Positions 1 through 11,459 of a DNA stretch of 64,000 nt are shown piece by piece (positions within the stretch are counted from its first letter, which is position 1; each line of letters opens with the position of its first letter). The translations under genes were made by a program, and so were the position numbers. The notes beneath the pieces are model-generated. The model searched no databases. It had not been told where the DNA came from and was given only the letters and a program-made list of their open reading frames with translations. Origin of the DNA: Blasia pusilla (taxonomy: Eukaryota); NCBI GenBank assembly GCA_050084515.1, contig CM114271.1, forward strand, positions 32,054,001 to 32,118,000. Direction: 5' to 3'.

Positions 1-324
1 ACATACAATCGAGCCAAACCCACTCCACGATGGGAGAATCTAGGTCGAAGCTTGCGGGAAACACCATAGCCAAGAGCTCTCCTCACTACCAAGGCTAACT
101 CCCAACGCAACAGGTTCAAGTCAAAGAACTGACTGTTCTTTTAGCGCACTCCACCTTATATCCTCCAACATAAGAGCGGGCCCTACTGGGAAAGTCACCC
201 CCAACTGAGTAACCCCCAACCCTATGTATGAAACCGCTTCTCTACCAAGCCACTACGGTCCTACATAAGGAATGGCCTCTAATAGCACACTATACCCTAC
301 GACATAATCCGTATGGTCATGACA
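1..324 (-). mobile_element. LTR (family A), partial; runs off the window edge
   Basis: Near-identical to 20385-20775 and 42628-42974. Ends in ...GGTCATGACA, the inverted partner of the TGTCAT start of the full copies. Abuts the middle of an integrase ORF, so it is nested in another element. Confidence 0.85.
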
Positions 325-1027
325 CTGCCCATTGGAATTAGTAAGTGATCGGGGCACTCACTTCTTAAACAAGACTATTGAGTCTCTCACTTCCCACTTT
401 TTGATTAAGCATCGGAAAACCACGCCCTACAACCCTAAAGCCAACGGGTTGACGGAAAAATCTAACGGCCTGATCTGCCGGATATTGAATCGATTGACGG
501 TCACCTATTCCTATGATTGGGACATGAAAATCTCCGCGGCATTGTGGGCATACCAAACAGCGGAGAAGGTCACGACAAAGCATACCCCGTTCTTCCTGAC
601 TTATGGCGTTCATCCCTTAACCCCTATTGAATGGGCTTTGCCCACTTATCGAGTACTGGAAGGAACGAGAACGGAGGCCGTCAACAAAGTTTTCCAAGGA
701 AGGAATGAGACCTTAGTTGCGTTGGAAGAAGCACGCACGTTGGCGTTACGCTAGACGAAACAGGTGCAAAAAGCACGCAAACAACGTTACGATCGACATC
801 TCCGGCCACAATCTATAAGCGTGGGAGACTTGGTGCTGTTGTACGATAACCGGCGACTCAAGTTCCCCGGAAAATTAAAATTAAATTGGATGGGGCCCTA
901 CTGGGTATTGGCCATCTATGATAATGGATCCCTAGAGTTGGGGACCTTAAAGAGAGAATCCCTGCCCACGCGGGTCAATGGAATGCATGTGCGTCAGTAT
1001 TATGAGCCTCAACCTTATGCGGACTGA
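325..1027 (+). pseudogene. Ty3/Gypsy integrase, C-terminal part (core second D and E, GPY motif), interrupted by a stop
   Basis: LVSDRGTHF...TTPYNPKANGLTEKSN (rve core) and KLKLNWMGPYWV (GPY/F module). In-frame stop at 752-754. Confidence 0.9.
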
Positions 1028-1244
1028 AACAGGAGGAAGGGGGGTAAGCGAATGCCTCTAGCTTCGTAGCTTAGCGAAGAGCAAAGAGCAAAGCAGGACG
1101 AAGTGAAAAGCGAAGCAGCAAAGCGCGACGGTTCTTGAAGAGCGAAGGGCGAAGCGCCAAACTAACTGTTGCAGTTCCAACGCCAACAACAACAGCCAAG
1201 CGGGGACTATATAAGCGTCCTTATGGAACCAGACAGGTCATTTC

Positions 1245-2936
1245 ATGGACAGGGTAAACAAAAAGTTGCGGAGCAGACCAAAGCGCGGCGTTCACCGAGC
1301 GCGACGTACAGCCATGCCTCGCGAAGACTCCACGCCCATTCTGCAAATTGCGGCAATGCCGATGGTCAAGTTGTTCCCCGAGCTGGTCGAAGCACTGGAA
1401 GCGAGCTCTTTGGCGACGTTCTTTCAATCCAATTGGACACTAACATCAGGAGAACTCCTCGGAGAGCTTCATTCCTCAACGGCAGCAGCCAAGTTTCAGA
1501 AGAAGGGTCTTTGATATCGCGCACAACCCCAACAGTGGACGCTGGATGATTGGCGAGCCACGTACATGCTTCCGGCTGCCCCAGAGTATGAGTACAATAC
1601 TCAGCTCTTGGTGAAACACGAAGAATTGTTGGCACTCGGCTGTGTCATGTCTGATCGTCTGGGCAGGAATGGTTACAAGGCTACATCGCTGTCTCCACCA
1701 TTATTTGGATAGTTTTGTGAGCATGTGATGACGTTATTTTACCCAGCTCGATCTTACTACCTAACCAACAAGCTCGTCAAGATTTGTTACCTTCTTTGGA
1801 ATCAGCACTTGGATCCCGAGGCGCCGGGAGTCGACTTTGCTTCCTTTGTCGACGGGAACGTACGAAACATGCTGGAGGTGCTTCATCCAAGCACGAAGTC
1901 ATACTTATCGCCTTTTGTAATCCATCTGTATCTTCATAAGCAGGAATTGACGTCGGACGAAGCACTCGAGTGGTCGCAGGTCACTCCGGTTCGCTTACCA
2001 AGAAGGAGCGGAGCGGGCACTAGTGGAAGCCGCGAAGCCACACCACCAAGTGAAGCAACCCTAAAGCACCATCCGCATGCTTTGGCTTCGCGCAAAGTCG
2101 AAGATGTCATCAAACCGCCAAGACCAAAGCGCGGCAGGGTCAACTTCGAAACACCATCGGAACCAGAACCTGCTACTCAGGAGGACTTCGATGAGACGCC
2201 TCGTGCTAGCGATCACCACTCTTCCCTTCGTTTGATGTCTCAGACAGCCAACGATGTGGTGTGGTTCTTGAATATAGCGGTTCCGGTCATGCATTAACTG
2301 CAAGATGTCCTCCACCTAGACGACACAGCGTCGGTGGATGACTATTTACAAGCCCTGGATGACCTCAACTCTAGGGCCCAAGCTTCGTCAGAAAGCGAAG
2401 CACAACGTCGAATAGGAGAAACAAATCTTCACGTGCGGGATCAAGAACTCGAAGACACGAAGACCACGCTTCGCAAAGCTCAAAGCGACTTAGTTCAGTG
2501 TCAGTACGAAGCACGAAATGCACGCCAATGGGAGAGCTTGGCGATTAACTTGGAGTGTGGGGCTGATTAGTTAGCTTCGTAGATCAAGGAAGCTTCGCAC
2601 CTTATTGACCAATATTGACAGCAAATACATCGTGTGCACAGCGAGTTCAAGAAATTGGCCACCCAACATGCTGAGTCCTTGAAACTGCTTCATGAACAGC
2701 AAGAAACGAACAAAGACTTACTGGAGCAATGGTCAGAGGTTATAGGGAGGATCGCGGTAATGGAAGCGGAGCAGAAACTGCTTAACAAAGTGCAGTTAGA
2801 CCCCGAAGATGTCAAAGAGTTAGTCGAGGAAGCTGCCAAGACTTTCGAAGAACAAATGAATGAAGAAATCGACTACATCAACAAACATTGGAAGCGCCAA
2901 TTCGACAACCATACAAAGTCTCTTCCAGAAGTTGTA
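1245..2936 (+). pseudogene. Decayed extra ORF downstream of Gypsy integrase (coiled-coil C-terminus), function unknown
   Basis: Same-frame ORF pieces 1245-1514, 1725-2297, 2334-2570 and 2634-~2936, separated by single stops. Heptad-rich C-terminus. Confidence 0.45.
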
Positions 2937-2939
2937 TTA

Positions 2940-3389
2940 GGAAAGTGTTGCATGCTCTCTAATGTCATCACATCGTGCGTTGCAAGTGGGTCCACGTCTA
3001 GGGTTGCTCAGAGATACATGCCACCTTTTGAGGTTGCAATCCACCTCAATGACCGGAATCCCATACAGTTGAACCATCCCAGCGATCGGATGTTGCGAAC
3101 TTCCAGCAACGGAGGGCTTTTGAAATAAAACATTTACTGATTTTGGAGAAGTTACTGCATCATGGATTTGGGAGCAATCCGAGGTCTCTGAATACCAGGG
3201 CGGTGTGATTTCCTCATCAAAATCAATCACCAAGTTTGTTCCTCGATGCTGCCTCTTCACCTACCTGAAGTCAAGATACTTATGTGGTCTCCACGAGTCT
3301 CGCTTGGACTGCTCTACCACCATGTGTATGGGACGTATTGAAACGCGCCCACGAATATCCCCACCAATGTGTACGTCTTCCTCGAGGGG
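2940..3389 (-). mobile_element. Fragment of the MULE-like SWIM-transposase gene
   Basis: Homologous to 12680-13075 and 8925-9330 (KRQHRGTN.VIDFDEEITPP, YGIPV.EVDCNLKRWH). Confidence 0.7.
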
Positions 3390-3630
3390 TGTGATACCCA
3401 CAATTTTGTAATCTTGAAGAATGTATCTTTTTATTCAACAAAGACTCTTGTCTATTATGATTTTGATTATGATTATTTATTATTATGAAGAAGAATAAGT
3501 GAATCACGAAGCTCCTGGGATAAGGCAGAGAGATGGAAGATCAAGGATTTGCCTTAGAGGAGAGGAAAACGCAATAACGAAGTCTCAAGAAGCTTAACGA
3601 AGCTTAACGAAGATGTACGAAGCTCTGTCT

Positions 3631-5165
3631 GAAAGCTTTTGATACTGTACCTCGCAAGCTCTTATGGGAAAGGCTGCAAGCCATTGGAGTACCACCAAAT
3701 CTCCTAGCAGCCGTGGCCACGTTATACCATTCCGTTCGGGCCAAGATCAAAGGTTCACAAACTCAAGAGATCTTGAGTACCATTGGAGTCATTCAAGGTT
3801 GCCCTCTCTCCCCTACACTTTTTGGAGTTTTCATAGATGATATCGAAAAGTGGTTGGAGGAATGTGATAGTGAAGGGGTCAAGCTTGGGGACTTTGTCAT
3901 CAAAGCTCTATTGTATGCAGATGATATCATATTACTGGCACGTGATGGCATTAGTTTACAAAAGCACCTCGACACTTTGGCAAGGTTTTGTACCCAGAAT
4001 CAGATGGAGGTTAATATGGACAAGTCTAAAGTCATTATAGTGGGTACTAGATCCAAGTTCTTGTTCTTTTACAAAGGTCTACAATTAGAACAAGTGAAGA
4101 GTTACAAATATCTAGGCATCGATTTCTCTCATGAGTATAGTTGGGCACTTTGCGTGCAAAAGAGAGTAGAAACTGGTTACAAATCTCTATATTCATTTTT
4201 AAACCGGTGTAGAAGAGCTCATCTTGTGTCTTGGAGTCTAAGAAAATTCTTATTTAGGAGCTTAGTGTTACCGGTGGTCTTATATGGGACCCAAGTTTGG
4301 GGCCCTAGTTGTAAGAAGACAGGTTGGGAGCGCGTGGAAAGAGTGCAAAAGATCTTTTTACAAGAAGAATTGGGTGTAAGAACCAAACTCTGTATGCTAT
4401 TCTTCTTTGGAAACAAGTTTTCTTCCTCTAGAAGCTGAAGCTCTTTACTTGACCATCACTTACATCGCAAGGGTGAGATCTCTTGATGTTTCTCGCTTCC
4501 CTCATCAAGCTTTGCGAGCCACACGTTCCATAGGATGGATGGCGGATGTGGTGACTTGGTCTTCAAAGTGGAATGTGGCAGAACGCGATTGGGACTTGAA
4601 ACCGATGGCCCTCCGTGAGCATCTACAGAAGCAATCTCTCAACATCATTTGGAGCAGTGCGGGCACCAAAATGGAGTTTTATCAACTTCATGTTAATCCT
4701 ATGCTTGTATATTGTGAACAAGGATACCTACTTGCGGGGATCTCCACGTTCTTACGACATATTATCGCACGTCATAGAACTGGGTCACATAGGCTAGGAA
4801 TTGAGGAAGGACGATGGTTTAAAATTGATAGAAGTGAACGAATTTGTAGGTTATGTGACGGAGAAAATATTGAGGATGAAGAGCATGTGTTTGTTACATG
4901 TCCAAGGTATGGAGAAATAAGACTAGCTCATAAAATAGATGTGGAGAATTTCTATTCTTTACTACAGCTAGTGCCTTATGATTTAGGTTGTTATATTAGG
5001 GACGTCATCATTCATCGCTCAAGTGCTCTAGGCTGTAGCTAGGAGAAGGTCTTAAGGATCTTTTCCAGGGTCAGTCAATGAATGGCTTGTAATGTGTTTT
5101 TCAGCCTTTTGACCCTTTGGGTCCCACGGGCTTGATCTATTTACCATTTACCATTTACCATTTAC
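3631..5165 (+). mobile_element. 5'-truncated LINE (RTEX/L2-like): RT C-half, CCHC finger, 3' UTR, (ATTTACC)n tail
   Basis: QGCPLSPTLF, LLYADDI, YKYLGI, RHRTGSHRLGIEEGRW, CRLC...EDEEHVFVTC. Tail ttaccatttaccatttacca at 5141-5160. Confidence 0.92.
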
Positions 5166-7320
5166 AATGAAAAATATGTATGTAGGATATGTTCCAACGG
5201 AGAAGGGGGATGCCTGACAATGAGGACATCGATGGCCTCCCGACGGTATGGTGGCACCCACCTCGTATGGAGTTTCTGCATTCTTGGGGGGGAATTGCGA
5301 CGTGTTGACTCGCTCGTTGCGCTCTAGATACGGGCATGTTGGACTTCTACACTCCAAGGCTCCAACGCATTGGCGGCGGGAGACAATCCAAGGACCATCT
5401 GGAATTGAAGCACTAGTCCGTTGAAGCCTGCACCATCGATGACAATCAGACTTTCTATCCATACCCTTCAAGCGTCCTCCATCTTTCTTTTGAGCAGGAG
5501 CAGCAAGTGGAGGCAACTCAAAAATACAATTACCATCGTACGTGGGCGGCAGCTTGTCGACAAGAATGTGCTTGAACATTTTCAAGGCCATAGACGATAG
5601 CAAACTATTGCCTGATATTCGTAAGAGGTACGAGTAGGCGGATAGAGGGCCCAGTTGATGTCCGACAGATCCACTTGGGTTGATAACATCCAGAATGTCT
5701 TCACGCAGTATAACATTGTTACGAGCGTGTGAAGGGTGAGTCGAAGCGGGATCTACTGAGCTTGGAGTTGCAAACGTAGAGCTCGGTGCACTAGGAAATT
5801 CTCGACTGTCTACTTGGGAAATAGAAGAATTCAGGGGCAAGCCGTAAATTCTGTATTGACCATTTGCTAGAGGTAGGAGATTCCATACTTTACGGTCTGC
5901 AATCACTGGCTGGACTGTCTCACTTATTATGTCCTCCGTACCGTCCACCCTAACATCCTTGGATACAAAGATGGTTCCAATTTGGAGAAGAAATCGAACT
6001 GAGAGAAAAATTTCATCCACTCCTATGAAAGACTCACAAGCTTGCGGTCAAACGATTTCTGATTGAGGAAGGGCCGCTAGATGAATGCCACAAGTAAGCT
6101 TCACATAATTATCCATTCCCAGAAGATTCCACTTAGAGGAGACAGAGAATTGGTATGAGAATGAGAATGAGAATGTTTAATTTATAGTGAATAGGGACTC
6201 AGATTCTCCTGACAGAATTTGACTAACAAGATGTAGTTTGGTAGTTGAAAATTTCTGACACCATGGATTCAATTCTATTGCAACTTGTCGGAGTCAGGTG
6301 GGTTGCAAAATTTGGGAATCAGAGATGTTGGTTGCGAAGCATGCACTTCTTTTTGTTGGAACCCGTTGGAGTCCGTTGGGTTGGTATCCCCTTCTTGCCA
6401 ACCAAAGGTTTTTTGAATCGATTTTGCTAGCATCAAACACAAGATATTGCTTGCATATGCTAAGGAAACCAATCGTTGGGGACTTTTGCGGGACTGTCCA
6501 ACTCAAGGTAGATCTTGTGACCCGTCGGATTGCAATGGGATGCCTCGGAACTATGCATTGTCGCATTGTTACCCGAGGGATAGAAAACCGTGCAACCTGT
6601 CCATAACCGACAGGTTGCCCTGGTACCTCACCTATTAACCCAAGCTAAGCAAAGCATGCAACCCGTCGGCTTCGGACGGGTTGCACGCTTCTCCCTCACC
6701 TTGTAACGCTAACATGAAGGAAGCGTGCAACCCGTCGATCTCCAACGAGTTGCGCAGGTGCCGCGCCTTCTTGCCCGAAGACGACAAAGGCGCGCAACCC
6801 GTCGGCCTCAGACGGGTTGCGCAAGTGCCTCACCTTGTTACACTTACATTAAGGAAGCATGCAACCCGTCTGTTTCCGACGAGTTGCGCGGGCCGCACCT
6901 TCTTGCCCAAAGACGGCGGGGTGCGCAACCCGTGGACCTCAGATGGGTTGCGCAAGTGCCTCGCCTTGTAACGCTTACATGAAGGAAGCGTGCAACTTGT
7001 CGGCCTCCGACGAGTTGCGTGGGAAGCCCGTCTTGTTATCCCAAGACGAGGGAAGAGTGCAACCCACCGGAATCCGACGGGTTGCGCGGGTACCTCGCGT
7101 TCTTGTCCGAAGACGGCATAGGCGCGCAACCTGTCGGTCTCCGACGGGTTACGCGGGTACCTCGTGTTCTTGTCCAAAGACAAGGGAGGCGCGCAACCTG
7201 TCGGTCTCCGAAGGGTTGCCATGAACCCTCGGGAAGCGTGCAACCTGTCGAAGCCGTCGGGTTGGTTTTTTTCTCTTCCAGACTTCCATAACGGCCAGCA
7301 CGTCGCCGTGGGAAGGACGA
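5161..7320 (-). mobile_element. MULE-like DNA transposon piece: Cys-rich N-terminal transposase-like ORF plus subterminal palindrome array
   Basis: ORF 5148-6020 (LPPTYDGNCIFELPP, CVGALECRSPTCPY, CPHC) truncated by the LINE tail. A second copy lies at 9655-11110. The palindrome array spans 6590-7265. The MULE assignment is from recalled family resemblance only. Confidence 0.55.
6590..7265. repeat. Tandem array (~67-bp period) of palindrome GCAACCCGTCGG-N3-CCGACGGGTTGC
   Basis: Copies start near 6658, 6726, 6793, 6861, 6924, 6991, 7058, 7125, 7192 and 7239. Confidence 0.9.
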
Positions 7321-8629
7321 TGTGACCCAACGGTCAGCCCAACGGCTCGAAAAGTTTAAATAGGGGAAGGTTTGCTCATTTCCGGTTTTTCGTTTCGCGA
7401 TCTCAATTGCTCTTTCGCGCAACAGCTGACCAGATACCAAGGGGCGCTCTACACAGCGACTTATCGCGAGAAGATTTGAGGGAACGATCGCCAAACGATT
7501 CGAGCGAACGATCGCAAGACGATTCAAGAAAATGATCGCAAGACGATTCGAGCTACTCATCAAGGCGACTCATCGCGAAATCAGCAAGGCGACTCATCAA
7601 GGCAATTCCTCGAGACGATTCATTGTGCATAGAGAGCAATTTCCTTGTCCATAGGAGGCATTTTTGGGAACAATGACGAGGAAAAAATCTCAAGCAAACA
7701 AGGCTGGGAGCTTCACTCCCAAGTCCACGAGGACTCATGCGTCACCATCTCCAGGGCCTCGTTCAGCCAATGAGATAAGGCAACAAGAAATCGAGGAGCG
7801 GGAAAGGGAAGAGGAGATGCACAAGCAGGAGCTTCTTGCAAAACGTGTAAGTGAGGCGCTCGAAAAATAGAACGCAAAGGCTGAGGCGTCGCAGGCCTTG
7901 AAGAAAAGGACCGCCGACGAAAAGCATGAAAAGAAACGTCTGGACGCGTCGGTGAGGAGAGCAGAATTGGAAAAAGCTCAGAGGGAAAAAGCAATTGCCA
8001 TTAAAGAAAGCCTTGCCTGTCCAACGGAAAGTGTTGAGATGCACGAAATGTCCCTGATGAAGTCCAGGGACACAATCAATATAGCAGAAACGGCCGAAGT
8101 TCAAGTGACGGACGATGGGGAAACTTCATGCAACAGGTGAGTTCACTTTTTCGTCTTGTCAAGCTCACGCTGAGAATTTTTTGAAAAGTTGCAGCTCAAG
8201 TTGAGAAGCGTGGGAACTATAGGGATTTCAAACCGAAGAAACCAAGCAATTTGTCGGATGCGACGGGTTGCCCGAGTGTACAACCCGTCGGAAACGGACG
8301 GGTTGCCTGAGTGTGCAACCAGTCCGAAACCGACGGGTTGCATCCAAAATTTTGGTGCAACCCGTATACAAGTATGCAAGTCGCATGTATACAAGGCGTG
8401 CAAATATTTTGACCCGGATGGGTTTTGGATGACTTGCACTTGGATCTTCCAGCCCGTCGGAATCGGACAGGTTGCAGTAGGTGTTTCCTGGGTGTTGCAA
8501 CACGTCGGGACCCGATGGGTCACAGAGTCGTTCATGGAATGCCTCGGCCTTGCAACCCGTCTGGTTCCGAGAGGTAGCTTATTTCTTTGACTTCTGAGCT
8601 ATTTTTGTTCCTTTCTAACATTTCCGTCG

Positions 8630-9655
8630 TTGCAGGGATTGAACATTCATGAAAATGGCCTCTGCCCCAACACAAGTGGAGCAGAAAGTGTTCATTCCTC
8701 GTGGAGGTCGTCACAAGCATGCCAACAAATTTCACTTGTGGAGGCATGCCAACAAGACCAGGCAAGAGCAATGCTACAGTCTGCAGCATCCCATATCTTC
8801 CTCACAAAAGGCATAACAAAAGGAAGGGGACCTTCGATCTACGAGCTCTATGTCAAGACGGTTGTGAGATCTGGTGATGAAAAACTCTATGTGGAAGCCT
8901 TCAACCGGTGCGTAGCAAGAACTCCCCTCGAGCAAGTCGTACACATTGGTGGGGATATTCGTGGGCGGGTTTCAAGACGTCCCATACATATGGTGGTAGA
9001 GCAGTCCGAGCGAGACTCTTGGAGACCAGATAAGTATCTTGACTTTAGGCAGGTGAAGAGGCAGCATCGAGGAACCAATCCGGTGATTGATTTTGGATGA
9101 GGAAATTACGCCGCCCAAATATTCAATAATCCCCGACCCGCTCCCAAATCCGTGATGGAGTAACTTCTCCAAAATCAGTGAATGTTTTATTTCAAAAGCC
9201 CTCCGTTGCTGGAAGTTTGCAACATCCTGTCACTGGGGTGGTTCAACAATATGGGATTCCGGTAATGGAGGTGGATTGCAACCTAAAACGGTGGCATATA
9301 TCTCGGAGCAACCCAGGACGTGGACCCACCTGCAGGGCAAGATCTGATGGCATTAGGAGAGCATGCGGCACTTTCCTAAATGAGAATTGTACAAGGACTG
9401 GACGACCACTGCCTGGGTTTTGGGGACTCAAAACCTTTGATCATTTCACGAGGACCGGGCATCAATTGAAGTACTTCTTCTGCCCAAATGAATCTTGCGC
9501 TTCAAGGAAGTCTTATCCGGCTACCATTGGAGCTCCGGGGAATACCCCCACGATTTGGCCCATCGAGGCAGGTACGAATTGCACTCAAGACAAAGTGGAC
9601 AATCTTATAAGTCCCGGTTTCTCCCTCGTAGACGAGGAAGTTCAGAGCATGTTTG
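8630..9655 (+). pseudogene. MULE-like transposase, C-terminal half (putative catalytic-Glu helix)
   Basis: PNTSGAESVHSSW resembles the TxNxAESxH/N motif holding the third DDE residue. Preceded by acceptor-like ttgcag. Frameshifted. Homologous to 12360-13328. Confidence 0.6.
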
Positions 9656-11110
9656 CATTGGCGGCGGGAGACAATCCAAGGACCATCTGGAATTGAAGCA
9701 CTAGTTCGTTGAAGCCTGCAGCATTGATGACAATCAGATTTTCTGTCTATACCCTTCAGGCGTCCTCCATCTTTTTTTGAGCAGGAGCAGCCAGTGGAGG
9801 CCACTCAAAAATACAATTACCATTGTACATGGGCGGAAACTCATCGACAAGAATGTGCTTAAACATTTTAAAGGGCAGAGACGATAGCAAACTATTGTGT
9901 GATACTCGCAAGAGGAACGAGTAGACGAATTGAGGGCCCTGTCGGTGTCCGACAGATCCACTGAGGTTGACGACATCCGAAATGTCTTCAGGAAGTACAA
10001 CATTGTTACGAATGTGTGAAGTTGGAGTTGATGCCGGATCTACTGAGCTCGGAGTTGCAAACATAGAGCTCGGTGAACTAGGAAATTCTCGACCGTCTAC
10101 TTGGGAAACAAAGGAATTCAGAGGCAATCCGTAAACTCTGTATTGACCATTTGCTAGAGGTAGGAGATTCCATACTTTATGGTCTGCAATCACTGGCTAG
10201 ACTGTCTCACCCATGATGTCCTCTGTACCGTCCACCCTACCATCCTTGGACACAAAGATGGTTCCAATTTGGAGAAGAAATCGAACTGAGAGAAAATTTT
10301 CATCCACTAGTATGAAAAACACACGAGCTTGCAGTCGAACTATTTTTGATTGAGGAAGGGCCGCTAAATGACTGCCACAAGTGAGCTTCACATAATTATC
10401 CATTCCCAGAAGATTCCACTGGGAGGAGACTAAGATTAAGAAGAAGAATGAGAATGGGAATGAGAATGAGAATAATTAATTTATAGTGAATAGTGACTCA
10501 GATTCTCGTGACAGAATTTGACTGACAAGATGTTGTTTGGTAGGTGAGATTTTCTGACGGAATGGATTTAATACTGTTGGAACCTGTCCGAGTCCGATGG
10601 GTTGCAGAATTTGGGAATCAGACACGTGGGTTGCGAAGCTCGGAGTTCCATTTTCTGTTAGTGTCCCAATGCAAATTGCAACCCGTCGGAGTCCGTTGGG
10701 TTGGTACCCCCTTCTTGTCTGACCAATGTGATATGAGTTGAGATTGCTAGCATCAAATACGAGACATCGCATGGATTTGCTACGGCAACCCGTTGGCGAC
10801 TGTTACGGGATCCAAAGGTACCTAACCTTGCTTTTCCTTTTGCATCTCGCGTCGATTTCTCTTATTCAACTAACCGTGCAAACCGTGAGTGCAGTTTTGC
10901 CGTGTGTTGGGAAGTTTCCAACTTCGGGTAGACCTTGGAACCCGTCAGAGGGCAACAGGTTGCCTCGAAACTATAGTTTGTCGCATTGTTACCCGAGGGA
11001 GAGAAAAGCGTGCAACCTGTCGGTATCCGACGGGTTGCTCGGGTACCTCTCCTTGCAATCCCAAGATGAGGGAAGCGTGCAACCCATCGGCCTCCGACGG
11101 GTTGCACGCT
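9655..11110 (-). mobile_element. Second copy of the MULE-like N-terminal region with palindromes
   Basis: Colinear with 5367-6690 (IFVSKDGRVDGTED, KVWNLLPLANGQYR, YNGNCIFE). Confidence 0.75.
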
Positions 11111-11459
11111 TCCTTCATATTGGCATTCCAAGGCACGCTTCCTTCATGTCGGTATCTGAAATGTTATCGACGCCGACGTGTTGGCCGTTATGGAACTTTG
11201 GACGTGGGAACTTTCGACGGGTTGCACGCTTCCCGCGTCCTAGGGATGCAGGGCGAGTTGCCCAGGAAACTTGTCCAAGACCCATGGGTTGCACGCATCC
11301 GTCCTCCTTGGGTAACAAGTCGAGCTACCTTGGCAACTCATCGGAGACCGAAAGGTTGCACACCTCTCCCGTCTTGGGGTAACAATGCGAGGTACACGCG
11401 CAACCAGTCGGAGACCGGGGCTTTGCACGCCTCCCCCGTCTTGGGGTAACAACGCGAGG

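Noticed and set aside
3390-3630. Possible LTR start (TGTGATACC..., short AAGCTTAACG repeats)
   Set aside because: It is single-copy in the window and truncated by a LINE, so it cannot be confirmed.
5141-5165. Telomere-like repeat
   Set aside because: The unit is ATTTACC, not TTTAGGG, and occurs only as 2-3 copies at LINE 3' ends.
6590-7265. CRISPR-like array (palindromic repeats at regular spacing)
   Set aside because: The spacers resemble each other, the repeats are degenerate, there are no cas genes and the context is eukaryotic TE DNA. It is a subterminal tandem repeat.
6245-7563. Many overlapping ORFs on both strands (also 8143-8590 and 10476-11692)
   Set aside because: They are by-products of GC-rich palindromic repeats and show no protein motifs.
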